The position numbers and the translations under genes were made by a program. DNA of 64,000 nt, taken from the human T2T-CHM13v2.0 reference genome, Homo sapiens. The notes beneath the pieces are model-generated. The model had not been told where the DNA came from, did not search any database, and saw nothing but the letters and a program-made list of their open reading frames with translations. The stretch lies in NCBI RefSeq assembly GCF_009914755.1, contig NC_060935.1. One strand, written 5' to 3'. This document shows, one piece after another, positions 61,523 to 64,000 of this stretch (the stretch's first letter is position 1; every line of letters starts with the position of its first letter).

Positions 61523-62281
61523 TTTTTTATTTTATTTTATTTATTTTATTTTATTTATTATTATTATACTTTAAGTTTTAGGGTACATGTGCACAATGTG
61601 CAGGTTAGTTACACATGTGTACATGTGCCATGCTGGTGCGCTGCACCCACTAACTCGTCATCTAGCATTAGGTATATCTCCTAATGCTATCCCTCCCCAC
61701 TCCCCCAACCCCACAACAGTCCCCAGAGTGTGACGTTCCCCTTCCTGTGTCCATGTGTTCTCATTGTTCAATTCCCACCTATGAGTGAGAATATGCGGTG
61801 TTTGTTTTTTTGTTCTTGCGATAGTTTCCTGAGAATGATGATTTCCAATTTCATCCATGTCCCTACAAAGGACATGAACTCATCATTTTTTATGGCTGCA
61901 TAGTATTCCATGGTGTATATGGGCCACATTTTCTTAATCCAGTCTATCATTGTTGGACATTTGGGTTGGTTCCAAGTCTTTGCTATTGTGAATAATGCCA
62001 CAATAAACATATGTGTGCATGTGTCTTTATAGCAGCATGATTTATAGTCCTTTGGGTATATACCCAGTAATGGGATGGCTGGGTCAAATGGTATTTCTAG
62101 TTCTAGATCCCTGAGGAATCGCCACACTGACTTCCACAATGGTTGAACTAGTTTACAGTCCCACCAACAGTGTCAAAGTGTTCCTATTTCTCCACATCCT
62201 CTCCAGCACCTGTTGTTTCCTGACTTTTTAATGATTGACATTCTAACAGGTGTGAGATGGTATCTCATTGTGGTTTTGATT
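61523..62281 (-). mobile_element. Young L1PA (PA2/PA3-like) 5'-truncated 3' end, inserted into a MIR
   Basis: Intact ORF2 C-terminus (ORF 61768-62139 -); 3'UTR with GAG (non-Ta) diagnostic; (TTTTA)n tail. Confidence 0.95.
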
Positions 62282-63301
62282 GTTAGCTAATGGTAGAGTC
62301 AAGGTGAGAACAGCCAGGTGCTGCCTGGTATTCTTCCAAGCTGGTTTGTGTAATCACACTTAAAGGTGTAGTGAGATATGAAACTATTTTCTGTCAGATA
62401 ACTCTTACCCATTTGGGAAGCTTTTCTAATGAAAAGTTCAATGTACATTCTCCAAAGTACTTGGCACACTTCCTGGGAAATGGTATTTAGTGCTACCTGG
62501 GCTTTTAAAACACACACAGAATGAAGTGTTTCTCTCTGTGTAGCTTTGGATTAAAAAAATGAACTGGCCATTGCCTGATGAAGTATGAGGCCCTGAGATA
62601 TCCACGAGGGCAGACTAATATCCAGAAATTTTTTTTTTTTATGAGTGACTACCTCTATTACCTAAGGAATATGTCTTTCAAAACACTGCCAACAGACACC
62701 CATTGATTTCTTCTCAGTCATGAGCACTTGAGTGGCAGGAAGAACCACAATAAAACAGCCAGCCAACAAATACCTTGCGAGTGCCACCAAGGTGATATCA
62801 TGTGTTACTTCACAGTGAAGGGAAGAAAAAGTAGTGAAGTGTCTGCCTATAAATTTTAAATTGTGCGATCTGGTATCACTGACTTTTGTATGAGAATTCA
62901 TAGTGTATAAAATTATACAAGGTAGCAATCCTATGAAGTAAGTTAATGAAATTTTATGAGTGGATGCTCATTTCACCAATAAAGGATTTGAAGTTCAACC
63001 AGGCTAAGTGACCAGTCCAAGTTCAAATAAATATTAAGTTATGTAATATGTAAACTCACATCCTTTTGACACCTGTGCTCTTTCAATGAAACCATGTTAT
63101 ATTGTGTTTCATACGATTTCATTGATTTATGTAAGCAGCAAGCTATGGTTCTAAATTGGTTCTGGCCACCCTATGAATCAGCCCTAGTGAAAGATGGATG
63201 AGTGCAGCTCACTTGAACACGTGCAGTGGGCACTATGCCCACAAGAAGTAGGCGGTGCCAGAACCAAGCATTCAAGAGTAATTGAAGCAAAGCTTTTAAA
63301 A

Positions 63302-63675
63302 TTTTTTAAAAATTATTTTTAAGACTTTTTGTGGGTACAGAGTAGGTATATATATTTATGGTGTCATGAGATGTTTTGATACACGCATGCAATATAAAAT
63401 AAGCACATCCAGGAAAATGGGGTATCCATTCCATCAAACATTTATCCTTTGAGTTACAAACAATCCAATTGCATTTTTAAGTTATTTAAAAATATACAAT
63501 TAAGTTATTCTTGACTATAGTCAACCTGTTGTGCTATCAAATAGTAGGTCTTATTCACTCTTTCTATTTTGTTTTTGTACCCATTAATCATTTGTGCCTC
63601 CCCTTCCCAGTGCCCCCACTTCCCTTCCCAGCCTCTGGTAACCATTTTTCTACTCTCTATGTACATAAGTTCAAT
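63302..63675 (-). mobile_element. L1MA 3'UTR fragment
   Basis: tttttgtgggtaca.agtaggt.tatatatttatg...ccttcccagcctctggtaaccat. Confidence 0.9.
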
Positions 63676-64000
63676 TGAAAGAGGCAAAAAAACAGCCCTA
63701 TCTTTAGGGGAAAATGAATTGAAGTAATAGCATTGAAACCAAGCTCAGCTCAGCTCAGCAAATTGTCTTTGTGCCTTTATGATGAGCCAGCACTGTTGAC
63801 CGGTAACACAAATTCTTTTTTCTGTACCATGTGCTATGATACTAATGGTCTTGGTAGATCTCTATGATCTCTACAATTTTCTTTCCTTAAGTAGTCTAAA
63901 TTTCTATTAAGAAATAGAGGTTGAGTTACTAGCAACAATTGTGAAAAGAAAAGGGAAGATACCTGTAGTGTTGTATTTGTGATTATGTGTTTGTGTGTGT

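Overview
AT-rich primate (very likely human) genomic DNA holding the 5' end of a GRM5 (metabotropic glutamate receptor 5)-type gene on the + strand. It has two CpG-rich promoter/first-exon regions (~11.6-12.0 kb and ~14.0-14.9 kb), a likely cassette 5'UTR exon (15186-15448), and the first coding exon (29280-30140, ATG 29480, 220 codons + 1 nt). A long intron then runs off the window. The peptide differs from canonical human mGlu5, as I recall it, at six positions: P32L, K51E, R128C, C129S, S176I and A201S. That points to the segmentally duplicated paralogue GRM5P1 (LOC440040 / 'mGluR5R', 11p) rather than GRM5. The frame, signal peptide, splice sites and promoters are intact, but the dimer cysteine has moved by one residue and a residue beside the ligand site is altered. 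The rest is Alu, L1, MIR, L2, MER and MaLR sequence. Within it are several structures that repeat annotation does not explain: a 217-bp 97% inverted duplication with a junctional hairpin, an older inverted duplication, a 99-bp tandem duplication, a ~70-bp twin-primed L1, and a template-switch palindrome. All comparisons with GRM5 and repeat consensuses are from memory, not database searches.
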